A stretch of 64,000 nt of DNA from Candidatus Latescibacterota bacterium (GTDB taxonomy: Bacteria; Latescibacterota; UBA2968; UBA8231), in contig OZ242005.1 of assembly GCA_965204725.1 (NCBI GenBank), positions 288,001-352,000 of the forward strand, in the 5' to 3' direction. Numbering within the stretch: position 1 is the first letter of the stretch; each line of letters starts with the position of its first letter. Positions 32,596-42,973 of this stretch are shown piece after piece. Below the pieces are notes generated by a model that was given only the letters and a program-made list of their open reading frames with translations, had not been told where the DNA came from and did no database searches. A program made the translations under genes and the position numbers.

Positions 32596-33969
32596 TCAAT
32601 CGCCGTCCCAATGCCTCAGCGTACATAAGGCGATGCGGCGCGTAGTGGATTGTATTCTGAAGGCATGACTAGGACGCAGCGGTGCGACCCAAGCTATTTC
32701 CTCGCCTCGGGCCAGCACCAGCACTTCGTCGCGCGCGATTTTCGGCCACTTGGCGTCGATGAGAAAGTCGCTCAACTTCTTGTGGCCTTCCATGCCCAGC
32801 GGCTGAAAGAGATCGCCCGGCCGCAGGCTGCGCACTTGCACCCGCGCACCGAGGCGGTCGGCGTCTAAAGCCACCTGTGCGCCTCCTAACTGGGCCTTGT
32901 CGAAGTGTTCCAGGGAGCAGATTTGGACGCGGATTTGCACGCCGTGCTCTCTCAGCACGAGCGCACCGGGTATATCGAAGCCGTACGCGACCGCCGGGCG
33001 ACGCCCGCGGCGCAGGATATAGCGCGTACCGCAACCCTGCCCGCGCAGCCCAGCCCCCAGTTCCCGCAGGTGCTTGTCGCCGACGCCAATCCAGCCCCGC
33101 ACTTGCTCAATGCGGGCAAAATCAAAAGGGCTTTCTGCGGCGGCGAGGCTCTGGAGCGCGGCGCGCAGTACGCGTCTTTGCATGGCTATATGATAAGCGA
33201 GAAGCCTAGTACTATCAAGGGCTACCTTGTCGTTGCAACGCTCACAACTCACTGTATCTAAAGCATCTTGGGTTAGATCGGCGAGCAAATCATCCTCGGC
33301 TTTAAGAAGCGCGGCCGTGCGATTTAGAACCTCGGCGATGTTGGAATTATAGCTCTTGAGCAAGGGCATTAGTTCCCCGCGCACCCGATTGCGCAAAAAG
33401 CGCGGGTCGCGATTGGAGGGATCCTCTCGGTAGCGCAAGCCCCGCTGCCGCACGTATTTTTCGATCTCAGCGCGCGATATGCGCAACAGCGGCCGCAGGT
33501 AGCGGCCGGCGCGCACAATCTCCATCCCTCCTAAGCCGGTGGCACCGCTGCCGCGCAACAGGCGTAAGATCACGGTCTCGGCTTGGTCGTCGGCGTGGTG
33601 TCCCAAGGCGATGAACTCGGCCCCGGTCCGGTCGGCGATTTGGTCGAGAAAGGCGTAGCGCTGCCGCCGACCCGCTTCTTCCAATGACAGGCCCTCAATT
33701 CGGGCGTATGCCCCCACATCGTGCCGCTCTACCGAGTAGGGCAGCCCCCGCCGCTGCGCCTCGTCGGCGACAAAGCGGCTGTCGGCGGCCGAATTCGGCC
33801 TGAGCGCGTGGTCCAAGTGCGCCACGTGCAACCGGTACTTTAGGCCATCCAAGACATCGAGCAACGCGCTCGAATCGACGCCACCCGACGCGGCGACGAC
33901 TAGGCTGGCACCGCCCTCCACGCCCGCTTCCCGGAGCACTTGCCGCACACTGGAGACTATGGGTTCCAT
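32596..33969 (-). CDS. tilS: tRNA(Ile)-lysidine synthetase
   Basis: SGGVDS PP-loop, [25 protein letters not shown]....[15 protein letters not shown]. Confidence 0.95.
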   Translation of the reverse strand: MEPIVSSVRQVLREAGVEGGASLVVAASGGVDSSALLDVLDGLKYRLHVAHLDHALRPNSAADSRFVADEAQRRGLPYSVERHDVGAYARIEGLSLEEAGRRQRYAFLDQIADRTGAEFIALGHHADDQAETVILRLLRGSGATGLGGMEIVRAGRYLRPLLRISRAEIEKYVRQRGLRYREDPSNRDPRFLRNRVRGELMPLLKSYNSNIAEVLNRTAALLKAEDDLLADLTQDALDTVSCERCNDKVALDSTRLLAYHIAMQRRVLRAALQSLAAAESPFDFARIEQVRGWIGVGDKHLRELGAGLRGQGCGTRYILRRGRRPAVAYGFDIPGALVLREHGVQIRVQICSLEHFDKAQLGGAQVALDADRLGARVQVRSLRPGDLFQPLGMEGHKKLSDFLIDAKWPKIARDEVLVLARGEEIAWVAPLRPSHAFRIQSTTRRIALCTLRHWDGD

Positions 33970-34026
33970 GGAGATCATTACCCTGCACAAAGAATGGGGA
34001 GGGCAAATTAGACGAAGAGGGGTCCC

Positions 34027-34063
34027 TTGACAAATGAACTAATGTGCAGTATATATAAGTTCA
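34027..34063 (+). promoter_or_regulatory. lexA promoter with candidate SOS box
   Basis: TTGACA at 34027; TGAAC-TAAT-GTGCA at 34035-34048; also TGAACT...AGTTCA inverted repeat. Confidence 0.55.
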
Positions 34064-34103
34064 CGTTTGTTTTCACCTTTTCTCCCCATTATAGAGGACA
34101 CTC

Positions 34104-34730
34104 ATGCCCAAGCCCCTAACCAATCGCCAACAAGCAATCTACGATTTCATCGCCGATGCAATTCGCTCCGGGGGTCCCCCCACAATCCGCGAGATCATGG
34201 ATGTCTTTGGCATCAACTCCACCAATGGCGTACGCACGACCTTGGAAACCCTAGAGAAAAAAGGCTACATCCGCCGGCGGGCGCGCCGCTCCCGGGGCAT
34301 CCAGCTCGTCGATTGCGCCAAGCCCGCCTCCCTCTCCACGGACCTGCGCGAAGTACCCCTAATTGGCCGGGTCGCCGCGGGCACCCCCATCCTCGCCACC
34401 CAAAACATCGAAAACACGCTCAACGTCGATACATCGCTCGTTCCCGCTTCGGGCGATGTCTTCGCGCTGCGCATCCACGGCGAGAGCATGTGCAACGCCG
34501 GGATTCTCGACGGCGACATCGTCATAGCCCGCCAGCAAGACCGCGCCGAGCGCGGCGATATCGTCGTCGCGCTGCTCGGCGACGAAGCCACGGTCAAGCG
34601 CTATGCTCCCGCTCCCGACGGCATCCGGCTCCTGCCCGAAAACGAAGCGTTCGACCCCATCGTCGTCCCGCCCGACGCCGACGGGTTCAGCATCGCCGGC
34701 AAAGTTGTGGGCCTTATGCGCCGCTTCTAG
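34104..34730 (+). CDS. lexA: SOS repressor LexA
   Basis: PPTIREI HTH, LEKKGYI, GRVAAG cleavage site, GESM (Ser) and ATVK (Lys). Confidence 0.96.
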   Translation: MPKPLTNRQQAIYDFIADAIRSGGPPTIREIMDVFGINSTNGVRTTLETLEKKGYIRRRARRSRGIQLVDCAKPASLSTDLREVPLIGRVAAGTPILATQNIENTLNVDTSLVPASGDVFALRIHGESMCNAGILDGDIVIARQQDRAERGDIVVALLGDEATVKRYAPAPDGIRLLPENEAFDPIVVPPDADGFSIAGKVVGLMRRF

Positions 34731-34742
34731 GGGTGCGCTTAG

Positions 34743-36071
<1,329 letters not shown>

Positions 36072-36075
36072 AAAT

Positions 36076-36104
36076 TTGACACTCGGCCCCCCTTCCGCTA
36101 GCTT
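36076..36104 (+). promoter_or_regulatory. Sigma70-type promoter (probably leaderless transcript)
   Basis: TTGACA-17 bp-TAGCTT, 8 nt before ATG 36113; no SD sequence. Confidence 0.6.
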
Positions 36105-36112
36105 TTTACTCC

Positions 36113-37042
36113 ATGAGCAAGAAGAGCCTTCTTCCACTTGCACTCGCCCTGCTGCTGACCGGGGCGGCCCACGCGGCCTCGCGCTACGCTGGCGAGTTTC
36201 TCGGCTTGGGCGCGGGTGCCCGCGCTGCGGCCTTGGGCAGTGCATACATGGCCCTAGCCGACGACGCGACGGCCGGCTATTGGAATGCGGCCAGCCTATC
36301 CGCCCTCAGCAGCCGCCAAGTTCACCTGACCCATGCCGAACACTTCTCCGGCCTCATCCAGCGCGATTTTGTCGCCATCGCCCGGCCGGGTCGCCTCTTG
36401 CACGGCATGGCCCTGAGCTTGGTCCGCATGGGCATTGACGGCATCCACTTTACCGAGCTGCCGGATTCCCAGCAGCCCCCCAGCACCGACAACCGCCCGC
36501 TCATCGCCTCGACCGAGCAAAGCGCCGATTACGCCCTGTATCTGTCGGGCAGTCGCCGGCTCGGGGCGCGCCTGTCGCTCGGGCTTAGCACCAAGGCCAT
36601 TTACCGCCACGTCGCCTCCATCAGCGCCTATGGCTTCGGCCTCGACCTAAGCGCACGCTACCAGCTAAGCCACCAGATCGCGCTCGCGGCCAACGTGCGC
36701 GACGCGGCCACCACGCCCATCGTCTGGAATACGGACAGCACCGACCGCATCCAGCCCTCGCTGCTGTTGGGCGTAGCGTACGCCATGTCCGTTGCCGGGG
36801 GCCAGACCACCGCCCTCCTATCTACCCGCTCCGGCGGCAACACGGCGACCGCCGACGTCCCGCTCAACGCCGGCCTAGAATACCGCCACCATTACATCGC
36901 CCTGCGGGCCGGGCTAGAGGAAGGCCGCCAGTCCTTTGGGCTAGGGCTTACCCCTCACCGCAACCTCGACCTCGACCTCGCCTATTTGCAGCACGATGCA
37001 CTCGAAGCAACCTACCAGTTGTCCGCCAGCTTCCGCTTCTGA
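36113..37042 (+). CDS. PorV/PorQ-family (FadL-like) outer-membrane barrel
   Basis: Signal peptide; FLGLGAGARAAALGSAY.ALADDATAGYWNAASL family motif; ends FRF. Confidence 0.8.
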   Translation: MSKKSLLPLALALLLTGAAHAASRYAGEFLGLGAGARAAALGSAYMALADDATAGYWNAASLSALSSRQVHLTHAEHFSGLIQRDFVAIARPGRLLHGMALSLVRMGIDGIHFTELPDSQQPPSTDNRPLIASTEQSADYALYLSGSRRLGARLSLGLSTKAIYRHVASISAYGFGLDLSARYQLSHQIALAANVRDAATTPIVWNTDSTDRIQPSLLLGVAYAMSVAGGQTTALLSTRSGGNTATADVPLNAGLEYRHHYIALRAGLEEGRQSFGLGLTPHRNLDLDLAYLQHDALEATYQLSASFRF

Positions 37043-37922
37043 GCAACCCCGCGTCGGCTACGTAGCCCTAACCGGTCGCCCCAACGCGGGCAAATCCACC
37101 CTGTTCAACGCCTTCTTGGGCCAGCGACTCTCCATCGTCACCGCCAAACCGCAGACGACGCGCAGCCGCATCCTCGGCATCCTCACCCGTCCACAAAGCC
37201 AGATCATTTTTTTGGATACGCCGGGCTTGCTCAACGCCTCCTACAAGCTGCACGAGACCATGATGCACCAGATCGACCAAGCCGCCCGCCAAGCCGACCT
37301 AATTTTGCTGCTGTTCGACGCCTCTCGCCCCAAGGACCGCAGCGCATTGGTCAAGGACTTCCTAGCTCGCACCCGAGCGCCCGTTTTGGCCGCGCTCAAC
37401 AAAATTGACCTAGTACCACCCACCCAGCTAAACGCCCTGCAAAAAAGCCTAGCGGACGAGTTCAGCATCGCAAGCCCGACCCCGGTCTCCGCTCGGCGCG
37501 GCGACGGACTCGGCAAACTGCTGTCGCGCCTAGAGGCCCAGCTACCCTACGGCCCCAAGCTCTACCCAGACGACATGGTCGCCGAACAACCCGAGCGGTT
37601 TTTTGCCGCCGAGCGCATCCGCGAGGTCGCTTTCGAGCATCTCGAAGACGAGCTCCCCTACATGGTCAATATCTACATTGAGGAATTCCGCCAGCGCGTA
37701 GGCCGCAAAACCTACATTCGCGCCATTATCTATGTCGGGCGCGAGAGCCAAAAGGGTATCGTCATCGGCAAGCAGGGAACGCGCCTGCGGTCCATCGGAC
37801 GCCAAGCACGCACCGCCCTAGAGGAGCTACTCGACGCACCCGTCTATATCGACCTATGGGTAAAAGTCCGCCCAGACTGGCGCGACAAAGAGCGCGATCT
37901 GCGGGAATTCGGGTATCGCTAG
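36996..37922 (+). CDS. era: GTPase Era
   Basis: GRPNAGKST, PQTTR, DTPG, NKID, KH domain SQKGIVIGKQG, LWVKV..DW. Start uncertain. Confidence 0.95.
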   Translation: MHSKQPTSCPPASASEQPRVGYVALTGRPNAGKSTLFNAFLGQRLSIVTAKPQTTRSRILGILTRPQSQIIFLDTPGLLNASYKLHETMMHQIDQAARQADLILLLFDASRPKDRSALVKDFLARTRAPVLAALNKIDLVPPTQLNALQKSLADEFSIASPTPVSARRGDGLGKLLSRLEAQLPYGPKLYPDDMVAEQPERFFAAERIREVAFEHLEDELPYMVNIYIEEFRQRVGRKTYIRAIIYVGRESQKGIVIGKQGTRLRSIGRQARTALEELLDAPVYIDLWVKVRPDWRDKERDLREFGYR

Positions 37923-37937
37923 GGCAAGGCGCGGCGA

Positions 37938-38351
37938 TTAGGGCTTGAGCAACGTTACGCTCATCATTGGAAAATGTTGGTCGAAAGCAAACGCTTGATC
38001 GATTCCATACTTACGACAAACAGCAAAACTAGTGCAATCGGTGAACGATAGGTCTGCTGAGTTGTATTGACGAAAAATCTGCTTGGCTTCTCCAAACAGA
38101 GTACTATCAATTTTTTCGACCGTTAGAGTACCTGCACTTTCATAGCGTTCAATATGTTCGAGAAATTTCACGGCTAGTGCGTGATGCGCTTTATATCGAA
38201 TAAACGTTGCGGTCTCACCAATCACGTAATCTGTCGTTAAAAATTGAACGCTCTGCCGTCCTAGGTCGTCGTAAATTTTCAAAGCGTCTTCATGGTGTTG
38301 ATCTTTCCGATCGAAATAGGCAGCCCAAGCCCCTGTATCGACAAAAATCAT
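37938..38351 (-). CDS. PIN-domain (VapC-like) ribonuclease toxin
   Basis: IFVDTGAW, D.HH, TTDYVIGET, LSFTDCTSF, AFAFDQHF: the acidic catalytic set is intact. Low GC. Confidence 0.92.
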   Translation of the reverse strand: MIFVDTGAWAAYFDRKDQHHEDALKIYDDLGRQSVQFLTTDYVIGETATFIRYKAHHALAVKFLEHIERYESAGTLTVEKIDSTLFGEAKQIFRQYNSADLSFTDCTSFAVCRKYGIDQAFAFDQHFPMMSVTLLKP

Positions 38352-41300
38352 GGTTTTGAATCCAGTCCATAAATAATTTCATCGTGGTTGATAGAGCCAT
38401 CGGTTCGGTCCGATTCGTAGGCTCCAGCCAACTCGCGAAAAACTTCATATCCTTCTCTTCTTTTGGTGAAAATGTTGGCCGCTTCCAACTCAGGAAACTT
38501 CTCCACGATCTTCACCGTCTCCACACTCACCGCGATCACTTTCCCGATCAGCTTGGTGATATATTGCGGATCGCCCGACCGATTCGGGTCGTTGACAATG
38601 CCGCTGCGTCTGTCCGTCTTGACGGCGTATTGATCGACGACCCATTCCAACGCCGACCGATTGCCCAGCCGATAGTCAAACGCCGCGGGCGGAATGCCAA
38701 CTAGCGTCAAGAAGTCGTTGTACCGAATCTGGGTCTTGTCTTTGGATAGCCGCATCTTTTCGACTCGCCAGTCGAGCGGTACGTCTGGATTTTCAATGAA
38801 CTCAAGCTGATATTCGGGCACATCTTCATAGCCGACGTGAATTTCGGCCAGCCGTTTTCCCGCTTTCGCATAAGCCCAAAAATCTGGCTCGTAGGGAATG
38901 CGCGGCAATGCGCGCTTGAGATTGGCTTGATACCGAGTGCGGTATTGCCGGTGGTGCAACAAGCCATACACATAGTGAAAAATGTCCCATTTGCCGATAG
39001 CATCGTCTCGGTAGTTCAAGCGGAATCGCGCCAACGCTGTATCTGTTATGTTCTCTCGGCGGTTGGTGCCGTCTTCGTCGTAAGTGTAAAAGGGAAAGCA
39101 TTGGGAACTGTCGAGGGAGGTCAACGCCAAGCAGGGGATCATGTTTGTGCAAAAACACCAATAAGCAGCACGTCCTCCAGCCCCCGGAACCATAATCACC
39201 TGATTTTCCGTTTCGGTCTCTGACGTGGGAAAAATGGCTGGAAATACTCCCACCCTATCGTTCATCATTCTATCAAAGTAAAAATTCGATTTTGTAAAGG
39301 GCCGATAGAGCGAATATCGCATTTTTTGCGGGGCGAATTCTGCGATTTTTCCGCCCTGCAACTTATTTTTTAATGTTGAACTCCACTTAATTTTTGCGTT
39401 ATCATACTCCACAAAATCATCAACTTTTGCCTTTCTATCTGTCCGCTCCCACCGATCGACCTCTGCGTTATACGCTCCAATTATCCGCTGAATATTCTCG
39501 GCGAGCGCATCTCGGTTAAAGCCATACACCCAAGCGTCTCGACCGGTATTGACGCCGCTGCTATACGTCTGAAAAATCACCGCCTCCTTGCTCTTGCCCG
39601 CCTTCGCTTCTTTGCTCCCCAGCGGAAGAAACGCAGCAAATTCCCGGTTTTGCAGCCCCTCGGTAAGCCAAGTATGGTGCTCGTCCGGTGCGATCTCCTT
39701 CCATTCCACATTCCCGCAATGCCCTTTCTCATCGAGATAGCGATACTTCTCCTCCTTGCGCCAGTTCGCATCGGCACAGGAATAGAAAATTTTCACCGCT
39801 GTCGCCGCACGATCGCTCCTTTTTACAAAAAGGTTGATACTCACTCCAACCTGAATCCCAAAGACATTGTGAGTGGTCCCTGAGAGCTTTGGATTCTTGC
39901 GAACATTTCCACCCAAGTCGAGCACGTATATTGCATCGAAATCGTCTGCGAGATGTTTTCTCATCCCGTCAAACGCTATCCCATCGAGAAAACTATTATT
40001 CGTTACGAATGCGACAATCCCTTCCGTGCCGATCCGATCCGCAGCCCACCGAATCGCCTTTGCGTACGGGTCTTGTAGCTGCCTTTTGAGCGTCGCCTTA
40101 GAATCCTTGGCGTACGTAGCACTCACCCGCGCATCCATCGTCTCGTACTGCCGATTCTTGTTGTTGTCATTCTCGTTGACTTGACCGACGTTGTAGGGCG
40201 GATTGCCAATAATCACAAACATCGGCGTCTCCTTCTGCCGTTCAACGCGCACCGTATTCTCCACCGTGAATAGGGCCATTTGCACTTCTTCTGCCAACTC
40301 GAACGTATCCACCAAGCATATTCCCTCAAACGGCTGATAATATCCCATCGCCTCGTAAAATTCGTGCTCGATGTTCATGCTCGCGATGTAATACGGCAGC
40401 AACATCACCTCATTGCAGTGCAACTCGGAAGCATACTTATCTTCGAGCGAGGTCTTGCGAATCGCGCGCATCGTGCGGACGATAAAATTGCCCGTGCCGA
40501 CAAACGGGTCGATGATGTGAACGCCGGCGTCGGAAAGTGATCGGCCAAATTCGGCCTTTAGAAGATGCTCGACACTTCGCACCATAAAATCGACAATCGA
40601 CTGCGGCGTGTACACAATCCCGTGCGTATCGGCGACCTCGACGGAAAAACCCTGAAAAAACTGCTCGTACACCGCGTTGAGGAAATGCTGCTTTTGTGCA
40701 AAGTCGCCGATAGTCCCTCCAGTGCGCTCAATCGCAACGTAGAAGCGGTCGAGGCTTTGCAGGAAATCGGCGCGGTTAAAGGACCGAGACGTCAGGGCGT
40801 CAATGACCTTTTCGATCTCGGCGGCGATAACATTGCGGCGCGTGAAGTCTGGATTGCTGAACACCGTGCGAAAAATCCGCTCGGTCAAAAGGTGCTGAAT
40901 GAGCATCTCCTCGACCGCTGCGGCCGAGAGGTTTGGGTTGATCGACGAGCGACATTTTGCGAGAAAATCGGCAAAGGCTGTGGCGAACCCACGACTGCTT
41001 TGCCGCTCCTGCTGAATTTTCGCCGCCAACCCACGCCCGATCGCCGGCATCTCGCCCTTGAACTCCGCGACCGCCTCTTCCCATTGGGCGATCTCCGGCG
41101 GACGGTGCGAAAAGAAGGCTGTAAGCGTCTCAATCAGCCGTTGTGGATCGGTCAGGTCCGCGTCTAAAACAGACTCGCCGCGTTGCCAAAGAATCGCCCG
41201 GGCAGGCGTCTGAAACAGGATGTTGTCGCTGGGATACCCGGCCGCAAACTTGCGCGCCACCTCGGCTGGCAGGTCATCGTCCATATCCTTGGCTTCCCAA

Positions 41301-41548
41301 ACCCCGTGCAGCAAGTTGAAATCGTCGATCAACGCGCCATCGACGACGATTCGCTTATTGCGACCACAGGCGATGGCATACTCGGGTACGAGCGTCCAGT
41401 TGACCTGCCGCCCACCCCACTCAAGCAGTGCTTGAAATGCCGAGCGCACCGAGGTTTCATTCGTCACCCCAAGCCGCTCAAATTGCTCAAGCGATTCGTA
41501 GTACGCCTTAACGGGCTTATGCGTTGATTTGAGATTGAACGTCGGCAT
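38348..41548 (-). CDS. Single-chain restriction-modification enzyme (nuclease + N6-adenine MTase + Type ISP-like C-terminal TRD, no helicase) with antitoxin-like C-terminal tail
   Basis: N-terminal E...VDG...WEAK nuclease; HGIVYTP, IIDPFVGTGNF, GNPPY; YRPF, FPFY, Y.LG.RSALEWVVDQY; GGAGG RBS. Confidence 0.88.
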   Translation of the reverse strand: MPTFNLKSTHKPVKAYYESLEQFERLGVTNETSVRSAFQALLEWGGRQVNWTLVPEYAIACGRNKRIVVDGALIDDFNLLHGVWEAKDMDDDLPAEVARKFAAGYPSDNILFQTPARAILWQRGESVLDADLTDPQRLIETLTAFFSHRPPEIAQWEEAVAEFKGEMPAIGRGLAAKIQQERQSSRGFATAFADFLAKCRSSINPNLSAAAVEEMLIQHLLTERIFRTVFSNPDFTRRNVIAAEIEKVIDALTSRSFNRADFLQSLDRFYVAIERTGGTIGDFAQKQHFLNAVYEQFFQGFSVEVADTHGIVYTPQSIVDFMVRSVEHLLKAEFGRSLSDAGVHIIDPFVGTGNFIVRTMRAIRKTSLEDKYASELHCNEVMLLPYYIASMNIEHEFYEAMGYYQPFEGICLVDTFELAEEVQMALFTVENTVRVERQKETPMFVIIGNPPYNVGQVNENDNNKNRQYETMDARVSATYAKDSKATLKRQLQDPYAKAIRWAADRIGTEGIVAFVTNNSFLDGIAFDGMRKHLADDFDAIYVLDLGGNVRKNPKLSGTTHNVFGIQVGVSINLFVKRSDRAATAVKIFYSCADANWRKEEKYRYLDEKGHCGNVEWKEIAPDEHHTWLTEGLQNREFAAFLPLGSKEAKAGKSKEAVIFQTYSSGVNTGRDAWVYGFNRDALAENIQRIIGAYNAEVDRWERTDRKAKVDDFVEYDNAKIKWSSTLKNKLQGGKIAEFAPQKMRYSLYRPFTKSNFYFDRMMNDRVGVFPAIFPTSETETENQVIMVPGAGGRAAYWCFCTNMIPCLALTSLDSSQCFPFYTYDEDGTNRRENITDTALARFRLNYRDDAIGKWDIFHYVYGLLHHRQYRTRYQANLKRALPRIPYEPDFWAYAKAGKRLAEIHVGYEDVPEYQLEFIENPDVPLDWRVEKMRLSKDKTQIRYNDFLTLVGIPPAAFDYRLGNRSALEWVVDQYAVKTDRRSGIVNDPNRSGDPQYITKLIGKVIAVSVETVKIVEKFPELEAANIFTKRREGYEVFRELAGAYESDRTDGSINHDEIIYGLDSKP

Positions 41549-41566
41549 AGCAAAACCTCCATTCCA

Positions 41567-42892
41567 TTAAAATTTCAAGTGTGGAAGAATCCGCGTCGGG
41601 ACGAGGCGGCGATATTCATCCCAATACGCGCCATACTTTTGCTGGCAGCGCTTTTCGTCGCGCCGGGCGCGATGCACCAGCAAAATCGTCAGAAAAATCA
41701 CGTAAAAATAAGGCAAGAAGTGCGAAAACAGGGCCGGCACCGTCCAAAAGAAGGCCGCCAAAATTTCCGGCACATAGTGAAAGTGCCGCGCCACGCCCCA
41801 CCAACCGGACGCCAACAAAACGGTCTCTTTTTCCACGCCGTTTTCCGCGCAATAGTTAGCGACAATAAGCCGCGGCTTTTTCCCCCAGATCGTACATTCG
41901 CCGCCCGTTGCTCGAACTACCTGACGTTGCCTATCGGCAAAGTAGTTGATCATCACCGCCCCCACTCCCAAGACCGCGATCCCGACCGACCACGCCATAC
42001 CTAGATGATGCGGGTGATGCACCAAGTACAAAATGGGCGAGGTATAAATCGCCGGCACCCATACCAAACACCCCCAGCAAATCATAAATCCGGCCCGGTC
42101 GTGCATGATGTCAATTGAACAGAGATAACCCGTTTCCCAGACAAAAAATTTGACCAAATAAGTTAGCATGACGATTAGGGCCACCACCATTGAATCGCTC
42201 AAGCCGCCTAGCTCGGCCTGCTTGGCCGCAAACGACAACACAATGATCGGCCACCCCATCAAGCCAAAGCGACAATTGGTAAACATCTTGACGTCCCAGC
42301 CCAATATGCGCGGGTATAGTTCCGTTCCCCAGTAATAATCGAAAATAAAATGGCCGCTCAGCCCTCCATCCGGCCCAGAGGGAAAAAACCGGCCCTTGCA
42401 GTACAGCAGCAAACAAAACGCCAAACTAAAGACATTCAACGCCCCGATAATACCCGCAAAATTATCATAGACGATAGTCGGCTCGAACCAATTGAACACA
42501 AAGCCACCCAAAAAGAACAAGCCCAGCGAAATCAAAAAACACGCCACGCCATTGGCGCGGTACACCGGCACATAGCCCTTCGGCGTGATCGGCCCGCAAA
42601 AGCGCCGCCCCGGCACCAAGCGCATCAGCAACAACTGCACCGCAGCAAAAGTGCCAATGATTTTCCAGCCAGCCGCCGTGCCCCAGACGACCGGCTCCCA
42701 TGCCGACACCAATTCAGCAAAAAAACCAACGGCGAGGACCTGCTCTGCAAAGGATGCCACCGAGCCTTGGTGTTTCACATTGATCTCCCACACCAACAAG
42801 GCTGTCGGGGGGCAGCAAATCAGCAAAAACAGCGGTGCCAATGTATGGTGAAAAAGATGTCGTACCTTATTCTTCTTAGATCGAGTATCCAT
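41567..42892 (-). CDS. Sterol reductase, 7-dehydrocholesterol reductase-like (ERG4/ERG24 family)
   Basis: Multi-TM; GPITPKG.VP.Y.ANG, DYYWGTELYPR, DVKMFTNCRFG, DIMHDRAGF..CWG, LLASGWWGVARHFHY, RARRDE.RC..KYG.YW. Confidence 0.9.
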   Translation of the reverse strand: MDTRSKKNKVRHLFHHTLAPLFLLICCPPTALLVWEINVKHQGSVASFAEQVLAVGFFAELVSAWEPVVWGTAAGWKIIGTFAAVQLLLMRLVPGRRFCGPITPKGYVPVYRANGVACFLISLGLFFLGGFVFNWFEPTIVYDNFAGIIGALNVFSLAFCLLLYCKGRFFPSGPDGGLSGHFIFDYYWGTELYPRILGWDVKMFTNCRFGLMGWPIIVLSFAAKQAELGGLSDSMVVALIVMLTYLVKFFVWETGYLCSIDIMHDRAGFMICWGCLVWVPAIYTSPILYLVHHPHHLGMAWSVGIAVLGVGAVMINYFADRQRQVVRATGGECTIWGKKPRLIVANYCAENGVEKETVLLASGWWGVARHFHYVPEILAAFFWTVPALFSHFLPYFYVIFLTILLVHRARRDEKRCQQKYGAYWDEYRRLVPTRILPHLKF

Positions 42893-42973
42893 CCGTCCGT
42901 CCCGTTTTTCAGCGCACCTGCTCGTTGCTCATGAGCAAAATTAACGTAGATTTTCCCTAGAAAGGAAACCGCC

